From: Eledone cirrhosa
Taxonomy: Eukaryota
Length of the DNA: 64,000 nt
NCBI GenBank assembly: GCA_964016885.1
Contig: OZ024742.1
Span: 257,176,001 to 257,240,000, forward strand
Reading direction: 5' to 3'
The position numbers were made by a program, and so were the translations under genes. The notes beneath the pieces were generated by a model that saw only the letters and a program-made list of their open reading frames with translations, made no database searches and was not told the DNA's origin. Positions 13,926-26,519 of this stretch are shown in pieces; within the stretch, counting starts at the first letter, position 1; each line of letters opens with the position of its first letter.

Positions 13926-14978
13926 ATTTAATTGAAGATGAAATAATTAAGATATATTCTATTCCTAATCAACAAAGGAGATATTGTTTTATAAATGTGG
14001 ATGAAAGATATATATTTGGAGCAAAATGTACTTTAGAATGAGAGAAACTTATTTAATCGAACACATCGACGTTGTTGAAAACTGATATCACACCATGAAG
14101 GAATTTAACTGAATACTGCCTTGTACTGTTTAGGGTTAGGGAGGGCCCCTGTGTTATCAGCTCTTACTCAGTTTGAGGAAATTCTGCTATCTTAGATGTG
14201 GGCACCGATCATATATCTAGCGGGATTGGGATTATTAACTGGTTTGATATCAATATTTGATGTCATTTATTCCGTGATGGGCCAGATTGATGTACGGCCA
14301 GTTTTCCCTGAAATGGGTTTGAACTCGATTTAAAACTTGTTTCGCATTATATGTTTGATTGTAACAGATTTTTGACTCACCAACAACGCCACAATAAACG
14401 TTTCCAGTATAAATTGCCTTGAAAACATCTACCTCTCGCTCACCGTCAATTGCGGTGATGAATGCTTCATTTGATACGATCAGCCGAACAGTTTGCTCTT
14501 GAATTTAACGTGAGGGTGGATGAAGATTCCATAGACACACCTTCCCGTATTGCAGTTCTCAGCGAGATTCAGCGCTTTAGACAATGTTTCTTGATTTCAT
14601 GTACATGTCATTTTTTCCTGCTGAGTGAAATGGAGCAAGGTGAAAGAAGTGTCTTGCTCAAAGACACAACGCGTGACGGGAATTTCATTTATGACCTTAC
14701 AATCGAACAGCAAATACCATATCAACAACTGCACGTGATTATATAGGAAGTGTATAATATTCTGTAAAATCTACAAACGTATAATCAAAAACGCAAAATT
14801 AACGTATAACCCAATTTTTTTCAGATGTAAAAAGATTTTATGTTATTTAACAAAATGAGGTATTGTTTAAGCCTATTCTATTAGATCACAAACATGATTT
14901 GTTAAATAATTCTTTATACAGTAATGTTATCGTTCGGTTTGCAGTAGCTGCTACTAACAGAGTATTATATACTTTTCA

Positions 14979-15090
14979 GAGTTCAAATCCCCCCGTGGTT
15001 AACTTTGCCTTTCATCCTTGCCGGGTAGATGAAATAAAGTACCAGTAATACAATGGGGTATTTGCTGGCTTTTTGCCAAACATAGAAACA
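14979..15090 (+). mobile_element. 5'-truncated Nin/Deu-domain SINE with TSD
   Basis: GAGTTCAAATCC...CTTTGCCTTTCATCC...AAGTACCAG. TSD ATTATATACT(T/G)TTC at 14965-14978 and 15091-15104. Confidence 0.8.
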
Positions 15091-15219
15091 ATTATATACT
15101 GTTCCATTGATACGTCTCCCCTTATCAACAAATTTCTTCACAGCTTTCGTAGCTAATCTCGAAGTGATCCAAGGTATCAGTCTTTCAAATTTTGTAACTT
15201 CTGTGTACACCTCCATAAA

Positions 15220-15810
15220 TATAATGACAGTAGCTGTTACAGTTAATGCAACCCTCGGCAATATAGGCACAGTAGCTATTACAGCCACATTCTACCACTC
15301 CCCACCAGAAATATAGGGATGGTAACTCTGACACTTATGTTGTACTATCCCTGCAGTATAGGGAGGGTAATTTCTCCAACTACTCTAACAGTCCTATGCA
15401 AAGCTGGGGCAGTAACGGATACAACTATTCTTTTCAAATTGGGATGGAATTTAATCTTACTAAGTAAGAGTTGATGACATAGGGATCGACTCGCAATCTA
15501 GGAATGGCAGTTGTTGCAGCTATTGCGTACCACTCGCCTTCGTTATAGCAATAGAAATATTAGGACAGGGGCTGTTACAGCTAATATGGCGGTGGCTGTT
15601 ACAACTGTTATGTACTACACCTCAAAAATATAAGTTAATTTTTGTAGCTATTTTTTTACCACACACCTTAAATGTAATCGACGCTCGTTGTTGTGACTAT
15701 TGTATACCATACACTTCAAATAAAGGGATGCTAAATGTTATAAATGCTTACTCTTAAAGATAGACGTGACATTTGCCGACGTTATTCTACAACACAACTA
15801 TTAATATGCA
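15220..15810. repeat. Highly degenerate ~45-50-bp tandem repeat
   Basis: Recurring AATATAGGGACAGTAGCTGTTACAGCTA...TACCAC-like units. Confidence 0.55.
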
Positions 15811-15812
15811 AT

Positions 15813-15988
15813 CGACAGTGGATTGGTAGTATCGGTAGATACTTTGACACATATAGTTACGGCCCTTGTCATTCTGAGTTCAAATCCCGCCGAGGTTAAA
15901 TTTGCCTTTCATCCATACTGGGTCGATAAATAAAGTAGCACTAATGAACTGGGTAATTGCTGACCTAGCGCCAAAAGTAGAAACACTT
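15813..15988 (+). mobile_element. Nin/Deu-domain tRNA SINE
   Basis: GTGGATTGGTAGTATCGGTAGA (A-box region), GAGTTCAAATCCC, TTTGCCTTTCATCC and AAAGTAGAAACA end. Confidence 0.8.
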
Positions 15989-18024
15989 ATTTAAATTGTT
16001 ATTGAAATGAAATATTAGATTAAAGCATGTATGTTGCTAATATACAAAGATTGGTATGATGAACACATCATTTATATTCCACAATTTGAGATGTCATATG
16101 TTTTTAGGAGAGTTTGTAATATCAGAGAGTAAATATGGCTTCTATCGACACTGAAGCAAACAGAAATTCAAGCAATTACGTTAGAGGTATCTCTTCAAAT
16201 GGTGTTGTTTTGCTTTCTATTCTAATCAATATTTTCACAGTTTTCACAAGGCTATGAGATAATTTATACCTCTAAAATTCCAGAAGACACTAATATTCTC
16301 AGAATATTTTATCTACATGAAATATTATTAAAATATAGGGGAAATCATAATTTATGATTCCTATAGCATTTACTATAAAATGATGAGGTCTCCCTCAATA
16401 TCAATAAATAACAAATATATATTTATTGATGCAATAACAAAATCTGGATACTTTAAATCTAATAAGAATGGACGCACATTTTTTTCTGGACGCATATTTT
16501 TTTACATATTTACATGTAGCCGTTTATAATACTTTAACTAGTAGATAAACTTTATCTATAAATGCCAATAAAACAAATGGGATGTAACCCAAAATTTGAT
16601 CAAAACTCTATAGAGAATGATTTAATATTTTACCCCTTCCGTTCGTAATTAACCTACTGGTGAGGAAGTATCATAAGCGAATGGGTAAGAAGTTCAACTC
16701 CCATTCATTATCTCCAGGTTTCAAACCCGCTGCCTTCCATCGTGGGCAAATATCATACAATTTAACGTATCCTCAGGTCGACACATTATAATTCAATGAA
16801 ATTGACATATTAGTTGGTTAATTTAAACTCAGGGTCATGTAAATATCTAGAAGCCTAAAATCTACATATAATTTTTTGTAACAAAGTTTTAAAGGTGTTA
16901 AGAATATCATCCTTATCTTGGATTTCGGTTCAAATCCGGTGTGGTTCATTGTATTCTTCAGCAAGACACTTCATTTTCATTCGCTTTTTAAGGATTATTT
17001 CGTTAAAACACCCAATACGCCTTTTGTTAGAGGCAACCATGCGGGTGGCCAGCGAAACCTGCATAAATATGAGATGTATATCTAATTTAATATTCATTAA
17101 TGTAATGTTGTGTGTGCAATACTATTCACGTTTTTCGGACATTGATGTCACTGGAAATATAGTCAGTCCTTGTACTCATCTATCTCTCCTAGTATAAAAG
17201 TATTGACACTCGACATCCGTATTCCAGTGTTCAACTATAAATAGGAATGTTTTCTTCGGCCAACCTTCATCCATATATAAGACGGAATTCACATTTAATC
17301 CACATCATTTTAAATGCATGTAATATAATTCGTTAGATAGTCGGCGATGAAAGGCACCGAATTTGAATTACAAATAATTACATACAGGAATACCTTGTGT
17401 GTCAGCACTTTCATAGAAAACAGAAGTCTACAATTCCAAGAAGATTTCGATATTTTTTCTAACATGTCGATCAACTACTTACAAGCGTACTCCTTAGCTC
17501 TGAAAAACAAACGTTTAATAGTTATGGGTAAATGAATCGTAATGTTGTTAAATTACCTCTTGTCTACACATAATACAAGATTATATTCGTAAAATCATTT
17601 TGCTTATTGAATTGTAAATACTATTTCATAATTCATGGAAAGTACTATACGAGAAATCGGATCGTAGTAAAAGCCGTTGCTGCAAGGGAACCTATATATA
17701 GCAATATCGAGAGAATTCATCAGTTTATTCAGTTCTAAAATGAACGATTCAATAATAACTTATGGTTTGATCTTATTGCTTTGAAAATATCACAATATGT
17801 TGATGCTAGACGTCCCTGCTGAGGAAACATAATACTTGTTATAAAATAAATTCGGTTATTAATTCTTCAGCCAGCAGGAGATATCATGAAATAAATTCAT
17901 ATTACTGCTGAGACGGTTAAGAAATGTAATACTTCGAAGATTATTTCCCGCGGAAATGTTTTGATATTATATTATAATCGTTGGGAATATTAAATTAAAT
18001 TCAAAATTAGTGGGATTTATTTGG

Positions 18025-18109
<85 letters not shown>

Positions 18110-18114
<5 letters not shown>

Positions 18115-18545
18115 AGTATGGACGAAGGCGTAACATCCAATCTTGCTATCTTCAATTCGGTATTCGTGCCAACCCTTACCTATAGTCAAGAATCATGTGT
18201 AATCGTCGAAAGAATAGGATCGCAGGTACAAAGGGCTGAAATGGGGTTTCTCCGAAGTCCGTAGAGTGCGTAGTTCAGAGAGCAGAGTAAGATTCAACAT
18301 AGAGCCACTACATCTTCGAATTGAGAGATCACAGCTTCGATAATGTTGGCATGTTGTTAGAATGTCTCAGGAAGGAATCGCCTGCCAGATTTCACCGGCA
18401 TAACAAATCAGCAAGAAACCTACGATTATAACCCAAGGACAATGTTTGGATAAGACCCGCGGGCTTGGTTGTTGTCAATTGGGGATCCAGCCGGTTCAAA
18501 TGTAGACGTTTAAATCCGACCGAAAGGCCCTGCTGGAAAGAATGT
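18110..18545 (+). mobile_element. 3' fragment of RTE-clade non-LTR retrotransposon (decayed)
   Basis: Translation IFNSVFVPTLTYSQES...ERIGSQVQRAEMGFLR, then IEPLHLRIERSQLR..HVVRM, resembles the RT C-terminal region of RTE-type LINEs. Confidence 0.75.
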
Positions 18546-18550
18546 GTGTA

Positions 18551-18649
<99 letters not shown>

Positions 18650-18748
18650 TATCGTTGCTGTATGGTTGTAATTAAATGCGCCCGTAGGCGGTATGCCGTT
18701 TCAGCACTCGATGCTCGCGCAGGGCAAAGTATATTATTATATATAGCG

Positions 18749-18960
18749 AGGAATCAGTGACGTATCAAAACACAATTTATTAACATATTACATATGTTTC
18801 TCTATCCGGATGGAATGTTTTGAAAACGCAAAACATATCTGAGGAACTTGCGATGCAGAGAGTCAGGTTTGATCTGTAACACATCCTGCCTTTGAGCTGA
18901 TCGTCGGAGAAACATATGTAAAAAGTTAACAAAGTGTGTTTTGATGCATCACTAATTCCT
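18749..18960. mobile_element. Fold-back pLTR insertion with hammerhead (18832-18927, +) carrying a 63-nt stem II domain
   Basis: Inverted arms of about 55 bp. AACATAT-CTGAGGA(18839-18845)...GAAA(18909-18912)-CATATG-TA. The inverted arm preserves the perfect stem I partner ATATGTT. Confidence 0.7.
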
Positions 18961-19033
18961 AGTTATTTATGATATATATATATATATATATACGATATTA
19001 AACAAATGGAAACTATATTTATAAAACCATATT

Positions 19034-19099
19034 TATTTCGTTATATGTATTTCAGGGATATCATATTAGAAATATGGTATGCCTTCCTCAGACAAAATA
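19034..19099 (-). ncRNA. Type-I hammerhead ribozyme in the 3' pLTR
   Basis: Minus strand: TATTTTGT-CTGAGGA-AGG...CCT-GAAA-TACATA-TA-ACGAAATA. Confidence 0.85.
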
Positions 19100-20369
19100 C
19101 AATACATAATCTGTTTTATAAATAATTTTTGACATACCTTATAAATAATGCAACTTCCATTTAAAAAGTTGATTTGGTAGTGAAACTGTTATGACAGTTA
19201 TATAGAAAGAAAACGAAGATGAGAAGAAGAAGATGAAGAGATGTATGTAAATAAAAAGAAGAAGGTGAATAGATGTATGTAAAGAAAAACAATAGAGCGA
19301 GATAGAGAGTCAAGGAGATATGGGAGAGAGAAATACATTGAGGAAGTGAGAAAACATAGTAGGCAGCTTTTGGACAGATGATCAACGTATATGTGAGGGA
19401 AGGGATACAGTTAAACTAGCCGACACATAAATCACGTCCAGTGTATAGGGGAAAAAAAGAAAGAAAGATGATATATTTAAAATATATTAAAAATATATTA
19501 TGTCTCATCCATTTGAATTATTAATTTTTATTAATTATGTATTATAATATAAATATCAGTATTCATGAATGAGACACATATCCATAATGTGTGAAAAAAT
19601 GACCACATGCTTAGTTTAAAAATTCTTAGGTCTATAAGCAAGATCTGAGATAAAACTTCAAACATAAGTATATATGCATTCTCATGGAAAAAGAAAAAGA
19701 GAAAAGCGATGGTTATCTCAAATTCAAGTTGATAAATATAGACATACATGTGAACCTACGTGATATGCTCCACAAATTCTTATATTTCATGAAAAACTTC
19801 ATTGCGTTACAAAAGATTCCACCCTACATATATTTACATACATATATACATATATATAGAGACATAAAATATATAAGATATACGTTAACATCTAAAATAA
19901 CATTCCAGCCTCATTTGCATGATTATCGCTCAAGCATAGAGTAGACAAACAGATATCAATATTAAAAATTAAAAACGCCAAGAATATCTTCGTCACTCCA
20001 CAGAGTATCTAGGGACGCAAGAGAACATAGTATGCCACGCATATCGGTCACATAAAATCAGAATCAAAAGCAAACAAAACCAAAATTGTTCACCAAGCCT
20101 TATTTAGCAGAAATCATTCAAAACTTATTCTACAAAACTTATTCTACAAAAGCTCTCATATTTATTATAGAAGTTTATCCAGCTTAAAAGTATTCAAAGG
20201 ATTGTGAACAACGCCAATATTAGGGTAGTTTATTTAATCTCATTAATTATATATTCATGCAGAAAGGTTTAAAAAAAAAAAAAAAAAGAATTGAAGGAAT
20301 CGAGAGATTTATCGCCAAGTTTCATAAATAGTTAAATATCTTAAGTAAATATACTACATTTTATACTAC

Positions 20370-21602
20370 ATTTTAAATTTATATTTATATTTAAACGTTG
20401 AGTTCAATCTATGTCTGCAGCAGCTGAATAAATTGGTTCATAAATTAAGGGAATTTTTAGATTTTAGTATAAAGAATATCTCCTCCGCGCAGAGGTCACA
20501 TGTCTCAGAAGAGGAATTAAAAGGAATCCCTTTTGAGACTATATTCCAAACCATCGAATATCCAACTTTATCATGTTTAAGTTGCCAGAGTAACCCTGAC
20601 AGCGATGTTGAAGATTTTTTATTTGGATCCGTGAAAGAATTTTTGTGATTATTATAGCGAAGTTTAAATTCTGTCGAAGTGGAACCAACATAATTAAAAG
20701 AATTTAAATCAGTTTTAACATTACAGTTGTATATTATATTTTTAACAAAGCAATTGTTATTTAGCGGACATTTAGATATATCTCTACAGTTACAGTCTTT
20801 TACTTGAATATTGTTTAGGCTATTTTCGGTAGTTTGGCTAGGTTTTAGGTTCCTATTATTTATTCTATTAATATTTTGTGCTAAATTGTTGGTGGACGAG
20901 TACGTTAATTTTATAGTATGTCTATTGAAAATTGAGTGATATTTATGTGTTCTAGGGAAGCGTTTGTCAAGAGCATTAAAAAATAGTTTAGCGATGTTGG
21001 TTTTAATGTTTAGTGAGAAAGGGGGGGCAAACCATATTATATTTCTAGTTCTATTTCTTTTCTGTTTTTTGAAATGATTGTAGTGCTTTCTATTATAGTT
21101 GTTAAAGTTGTTACTGTAATTAAACTTGTTGTTATTTTGGTTAGTTTGTCTATTATCGATGTACATAATTTTATCACTATATCCTGCTCTAGCTAAAGCT
21201 TCATTATAATACTGGGCTTTTTCGTCAAAAATATTTTTATTGGAAGAGATTCTAGAGATACGTTTTTGAACAGAGTTCACTATAGTATTTTTGACAGATC
21301 TGGGGTGATTGGAGCTAAAATTGACATAATTCAAGTTTTCATTTAACTTGTGAAATGGATAGTGAAGACATGTGTTGAGATTAAATGTTACGTCTAGGAA
21401 ATTGACTATTCTATGGTTATTCTCAATTTCTATTTTTAGATTAAGGTAATTAAAAAATCGTATAATTTGTTTTCTTTTCCTATTTAGTTCAGTGTTATTA
21501 TTTTCAATAAGTAAAAGCATGTCATCTCTATATAAACCTCCGGTAACACCGGGTATTTTCCTATGCAGCGAATTAACTATAAATAGGCCCACAAGGTCCG
21601 TT
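20370..21602 (-). pseudogene. PLE RT (from after motif B') plus GIY-YIG endonuclease, frameshifted near the C-terminus
   Basis: GLYRDDML, VNFLDVTFNL, YVNFSSNHP, CNCRDISKCPLNNNC, IIY...YVGST, CDLC..E. The terminal CRH motif is in another frame after 20438. Confidence 0.9.
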
Positions 21603-21795
21603 ACATACATCTTTACATACATCTCTTCACCTTCTTCTTTTTATTTACATACATCTCTTCATCTTCTTCTTCTCATCTTCGTTTTCTTTCTATATAACTG
21701 TCATAACAGTTTCACTACCAAATCAGCTTTTTAAATGGAAGTTGCATTATGTATAAGGTATGTCAAAAATTATTTATAAAACAGATTATGTATTG

Positions 21796-21861
21796 TATTT
21801 TGTCTGAGGAAGGCATACCATATTTCTAATATGATATCCCTGAAATATATATAACGAAATA
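21796..21861 (+). ncRNA. Type-I hammerhead ribozyme in the inverted pLTR
   Basis: TATTTTGT-CTGAGGA(21804-21810)-AGG..CATATT/AATATG..CCT-GAAA-TATATA-TA-ACGAAATA: 8-bp stem I, palindromic stem III, AUA site. Confidence 0.88.
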
Positions 21862-21992
21862 AATATGGTTTTATAAATATAGTTTCCATTTGTTTAATAT
21901 CGTAAACCTACTCCAGAAATTGTTGAGTGCTTTTATATCAGTTATAAAATATTTACTCGTTGTAACCCAACAATCTTAAATAAAACTTTTGC

Positions 21993-22046
<54 letters not shown>

Positions 22047-22392
22047 CTCACGCTACACTCCTGTCCCCACACTTGCACTTCCTCGTACAACCCAGCTGCG
22101 GACATCCCATGTCCACATTATACTCTCCTACTCCTCACCTACCTACCACATACTATTCAATAATCAGCTCGTAAATTTATTTTAAACACTATACGTGTGA
22201 ACGTTTGCACATAGTTTTACTTCATCCTATTCACTGTTCCTTTTATGGGTGCGTAAATGTAGTACGTACACGTAGGTGCATATGTGCATAAAACGTTACC
22301 CCTCATATCACGATTGCCACATGCATTCGCCTGTGTATAGGCCCCTGACATTTTATATAACTGTGCATGTGTGTATATATATTATATATACA

Positions 22393-22456
<64 letters not shown>

Positions 22457-22672
22457 TGTATATTTAATATCCCGTTAAGGGTGAAAGCAGCAATTCTTTG
22501 CTTAAACATTAATCTGTTATTTTAATAAATATTTGCTTTACGGTCCTTATATATTTGATATATATTTATCCTTATTTGGATTTGTTTATCCCTCTTTGGA
22601 TTTTAGTCTTCAAATGTATTATTATTACTATTTGGCTCCCTCGGTTTAGCACTCTATTGACTTATATTCATC

Positions 22673-24794
22673 ATGCAGAAACAACATCTGAATATTTCTA
22701 CAAAGAACATACTCGTACCAAGCAGAAAAACATACCTAAAACTCCTGATACAGAAAACAGACGCGTTCATTAAAATGTTGCGTTGAGGTGCCTTTTATTT
22801 CGATAATCCGCTAAAAGCAGACAACAAACAGGATACATTTGGGTGTAAAACCTATAATAACCCCCCGTGTAACCCAGCATTGCTACCCTTCGAAAATGAT
22901 GTCTTGGAACTCATACAGAGTATCACATTTCGGAATAGGAGCAATTCCTTCCAGCTTGACCTGAAGAATAGAATTCGTTCTATTAAGGATTCTAATGCCG
23001 TGCACGTCCATTCCGACAAAACTGGCAACCTATATCAAGTGGAGCGCAGTACTTACGATCAACTAATACATAATCCTGTAACTAAGGATTACCGTAAAAC
23101 TAATCGGTGCGTCATCAATGAAATCAACGATGCTGGGTTTAAAATCACCTCTGATCTCAACATCCTGGACCGGACCGAACCTCTGGACCCTATTTCTCCC
23201 CACTTTACCCAAAAGGATCACAAATACAATTTTCCGAACAACCCCTCTATTCGGCTTATTAACCTTACGAAGTCCGATTTAGGTAGACCTAGTAAAAGGA
23301 TTCTTGATAGAATTATACCTGAAATTAGAAGTTTGGCCCTTCTTGCACTGTGGAACAATTCTTTCGCGGTGATTGATTGGTTCAACGGCATATGCAACAA
23401 GCAACATTGCCGTTTTATCCAATTTGACATCAGCAATAAATACTCCTCCATCACTTTACCACTTCTCCTTAGAGCTATCAATTTCGCTAAAACACTCACA
23501 GTGGTTAAGGATTTCGAAGTTGATGTCATCCTCAATGCCCGTAAGTCGGTGATTAATTTCGACGACTCTATTTGGATTAAAAAATCCAATAGTACCCCAT
23601 TCGACGTGAGTATGGGCGCCAGCGATTCTGCGGAGGTTACTGATCTTATCGGCCTTTTCCTTCTTTTCTCTATCAAGGACGAATTCCCCAACGCGGGCGG
23701 TGGTTTGTACCGTGATGATGGTCTTTTGACCATGACGAAGTGCGAACCTCGTGCTTGCGACAGGTTCAGAAAAGAACTTACAGCCTTCTTTAAAGGCTTC
23801 AACCTCTCTATACAGGTTGAGGCCAATCTCTCGGTCGTTAATTACCTCGACGTTACCCTCAATTTATCGAATGGCTTGTATTACCCGTATAGAAAGCCGA
23901 ATGATACGCTTACTTACATAATCCAACCATCCTGCCAGCATAACCAAGAACCTGGTAAGAAACGTTTCGTTGAGGCTTTCCCATCTGTCTACTAACGAGT
24001 ATATTTTCAACGACCATTCCACTTATTACAATGAAGCTCTTGCTCGGAGTCGATTTGTCGATAAGGTAGCATATACAGAATATGTAAATAGACCTATAAC
24101 AAATAGATCCCGTCGCATTTGTTGGTATAACCAAACATATAATATGGAGGTGGCCACACCATTAGCTAAGATCTTTCTATCCCTTATTACGGAGCATTTT
24201 CCCCATACACATAAATATAGTAACATTTTTAATAGAAATACTATTAAAATGTATTACACTACGACTCCTAGCCTTGCACATAACATCACAGCTTCAAATT
24301 TAGCTAAACTACCTAGCCGTAGGAATACGTGCAACCCTGTAGTTAGTACTAACTGTAATTGTAGGAATCGGGTTGATTGCCCCCTATCCGGGAAATGCCT
24401 CTCTAGTAACATTGTCTACAAATGTAAGGTTGAAACACCCACATCCCGTAGGGCCTACATGGGGTTAACCGCCAATAGATTCAAGCAGCGTCTTTACATG
24501 CATACCCATTATTTTCGTTAGCCTCTAAGAAGGAATATGACGTCACTTTCAGCTTATATCTGGAGTCTAAAAGACAACCACACCCAATATAAGTTACACT
24601 GGGAGATCCTAGCTAGGACTAGATCGTATAACGGAAATAAAAGTCCATGTGACCTCGGCGCCGCTGAGGACCCGGAAATACTCTACGCCACAGACCACAT
24701 CTTAAACCAAAAATCTGAGGCAATTTCGGCTTGGAAACATAAATTGCACAATACTTTCCTCTATTACAGCCCCACATTATACCCTAACGGATAG
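22673..24794 (+). pseudogene. PLE RT plus C-terminal GIY-YIG polyprotein, disrupted
   Basis: ATG at 22673 (MQKQHLNISTKN...) is in frame with the 22880 ORF across a TGA at 22784. Motifs: FIQFDI, MGASDSAE, GLYRDDGL, CNCRNRVDCPLSGKC, IVY..YMG. Frameshift near 23915 and stop at 24519. Confidence 0.92.
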
Positions 24795-25723
24795 TACGAT
24801 CTATACGTGGATATTTTACGGCTTGATGTGGTAGCTAAGTATATGTTATGTTTATACCATTACTTATTTGCATAGGTAAGTATATATTACCTGTATGTTT
24901 TCTTAAGGTACGTATACTTTCTCGTACGTATATTTGATTGTATATGTTATGGCGTATAATTATATATATTCTGGTACATATGGTTTGGTTATGTGTATAC
25001 GGGAGTTTTGCGTCTGTGTGAGTATGCGGGTTCGAACGTATGTAGGGTGTGTGTATATGTGTACTTCATGTCTTGGTTGACGTCCTCTCCGAACATTTGT
25101 GTATTTACATGTAGGTATGTGTGTGCGCTTGTTATATACGTATTTATTTATTTATATACGTTTATTTAATTATTTATTTATTTGTATACACACACACACG
25201 TACACACACACAGATATTTATATGTGCGTGGTTTTGTATACCTTTGGCAAGGGTTTTCGCGTATGCTTGTGTATGTTGTATTTGCATGCGTGTATGTATT
25301 TATTTAATTTCTATTACCTATGTATTGTATTTTCTTTACCTTATTATTAACTCTGAAGCGGAGATTCATTTGGTTTCCTAGTTAGAATTTTAGTCTACGA
25401 CTTCAGCTATACCATTTACGTGGTTTTGTCTTTGCGTGCAATTGTTCTCCACGCTCCACATATGACATATTATTATCGTTTTTTTCCGATCATTGCTAGA
25501 GAACGTCTCTATGAACCACCTAAGAGAACATTAGTCTACGACTTCTTTAATACCATAAACGTGGTTCTGTCTTTACGTGTAATTGTTTTTCACCGCTCTT
25601 ATTAATGACGTATTATATTCGTTTTTTCCCGTTCTTTGCAAGGGAACGTTTCCACGAACCAAAGTATCGTCTTCCTGTCTTCCTCCGGTTGCAACGTTTT
25701 TTGAAATATCCACTTCTGCGTTT

Positions 25724-25799
25724 ACAGATTGACTTTGTTAGTTTCAGAAGATCCCGTTAAGAGTGAAAGCAGCGATTCTTTGCTTAAACTTTAATCTGT
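25724..25799 (+). ncRNA. Variant hammerhead (CAGAAGA core, U4A) in family A pLTR
   Basis: ACAGATT..AGTTT-CAGAAGA-TCCCGTTAAG(A/G)GT-GAAA-GCAG..TTGC-TT-AAACT..AATCTGT. The same core recurs at 55513-55589 and 58874-58949. Confidence 0.65.
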
Positions 25800-25897
25800 T
25801 ATTTTAATAAATATTTGCTCTACGGTTCTTATATATTTGATATATATTTATCCTTATCCAGCCGTCTTTTGATTTTAGTCTTCAAATTTATTATTAT

Positions 25898-25975
<78 letters not shown>

Positions 25976-26519
25976 ATAATAACAATATTCATACTTATAT
26001 ATGTTTAATATACAATTATAAATATGGAGGGTAGTTCTAAGTACTAGCCGTTACCGGCTTGACAAAAGGCTCAATGCAAATTATCAAGAGTTTTAAAGAG
26101 CCATAGAAAATATTAAAACAATGATATCTTAGTTTAATACATTTATTTGCTGACAATTTTTTCTTCCAGAGGGCTGTATGAGATCATCGTGGCGTAGGGA
26201 ATTAAAATCCTAGGTGATTAAATCCTAGTCTTCAGAACGTTTATAAGAAAGGGAGATAACGAACTTTTCAGAAATATAAACATCACATTCCTTTGAAGAT
26301 AAATCACTAATATTATCGTTTGTTTCTTGTTTATACTTTGTTGCATTTTCAAAGTTAAAAAAAACATTTGTTGTTTTAACTTGTTTCACTATATTAAGTG
26401 TTAATTTTCGCGTTAAGGGCCTAATCCCGCAGTAGTCTTGAATTGACGAGATTTTGATGATGGTTTGTTTATTTTTAGAACAATCGTTATGCGTCTTTCC
26501 ATTCAAACCATTGGGACCT

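Larger units (their letters stand above)
18993..21992 (-). mobile_element. 5'-truncated Penelope-like element with inverted pLTR (about 21600-21905) plus tail, in (TA)n
   Basis: RT-EN ORF on the minus strand. 21600-21905 is the reverse complement of 18993-19285. (TA)n lies on both sides. Confidence 0.92.
22469..25901 (+). mobile_element. Near-full-length Penelope-like element with direct pLTRs, in (TA)n (family A)
   Basis: 22469-22630 repeats 25751-25900. RT and GIY-YIG lie between, with (TA)n flanks. Confidence 0.95.

Noticed and set aside
15220-15810. CRISPR-like array
   Set aside because: Eukaryotic context, no identical repeats with unique spacers, and no cas genes.
22784-22786. In-frame TGA as possible selenocysteine, as in some Naiad PLEs
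   Set aside because: The second copy has TGG (Trp) at this position, so it is a simple nonsense mutation.
23218-23826. Antisense 202-aa ORF, echoed at 56503-56886
   Set aside because: It overlaps the RT on the opposite strand and has no recognisable motifs. Its conservation is explained by the RT copy itself.
24664-24680. CTGAGGA...GAAA inside the PLE ORF (also 41667, 16770, 17819, 13023, 12283)
   Set aside because: Core-like words without consistent stems I-III, likely chance or too decayed.
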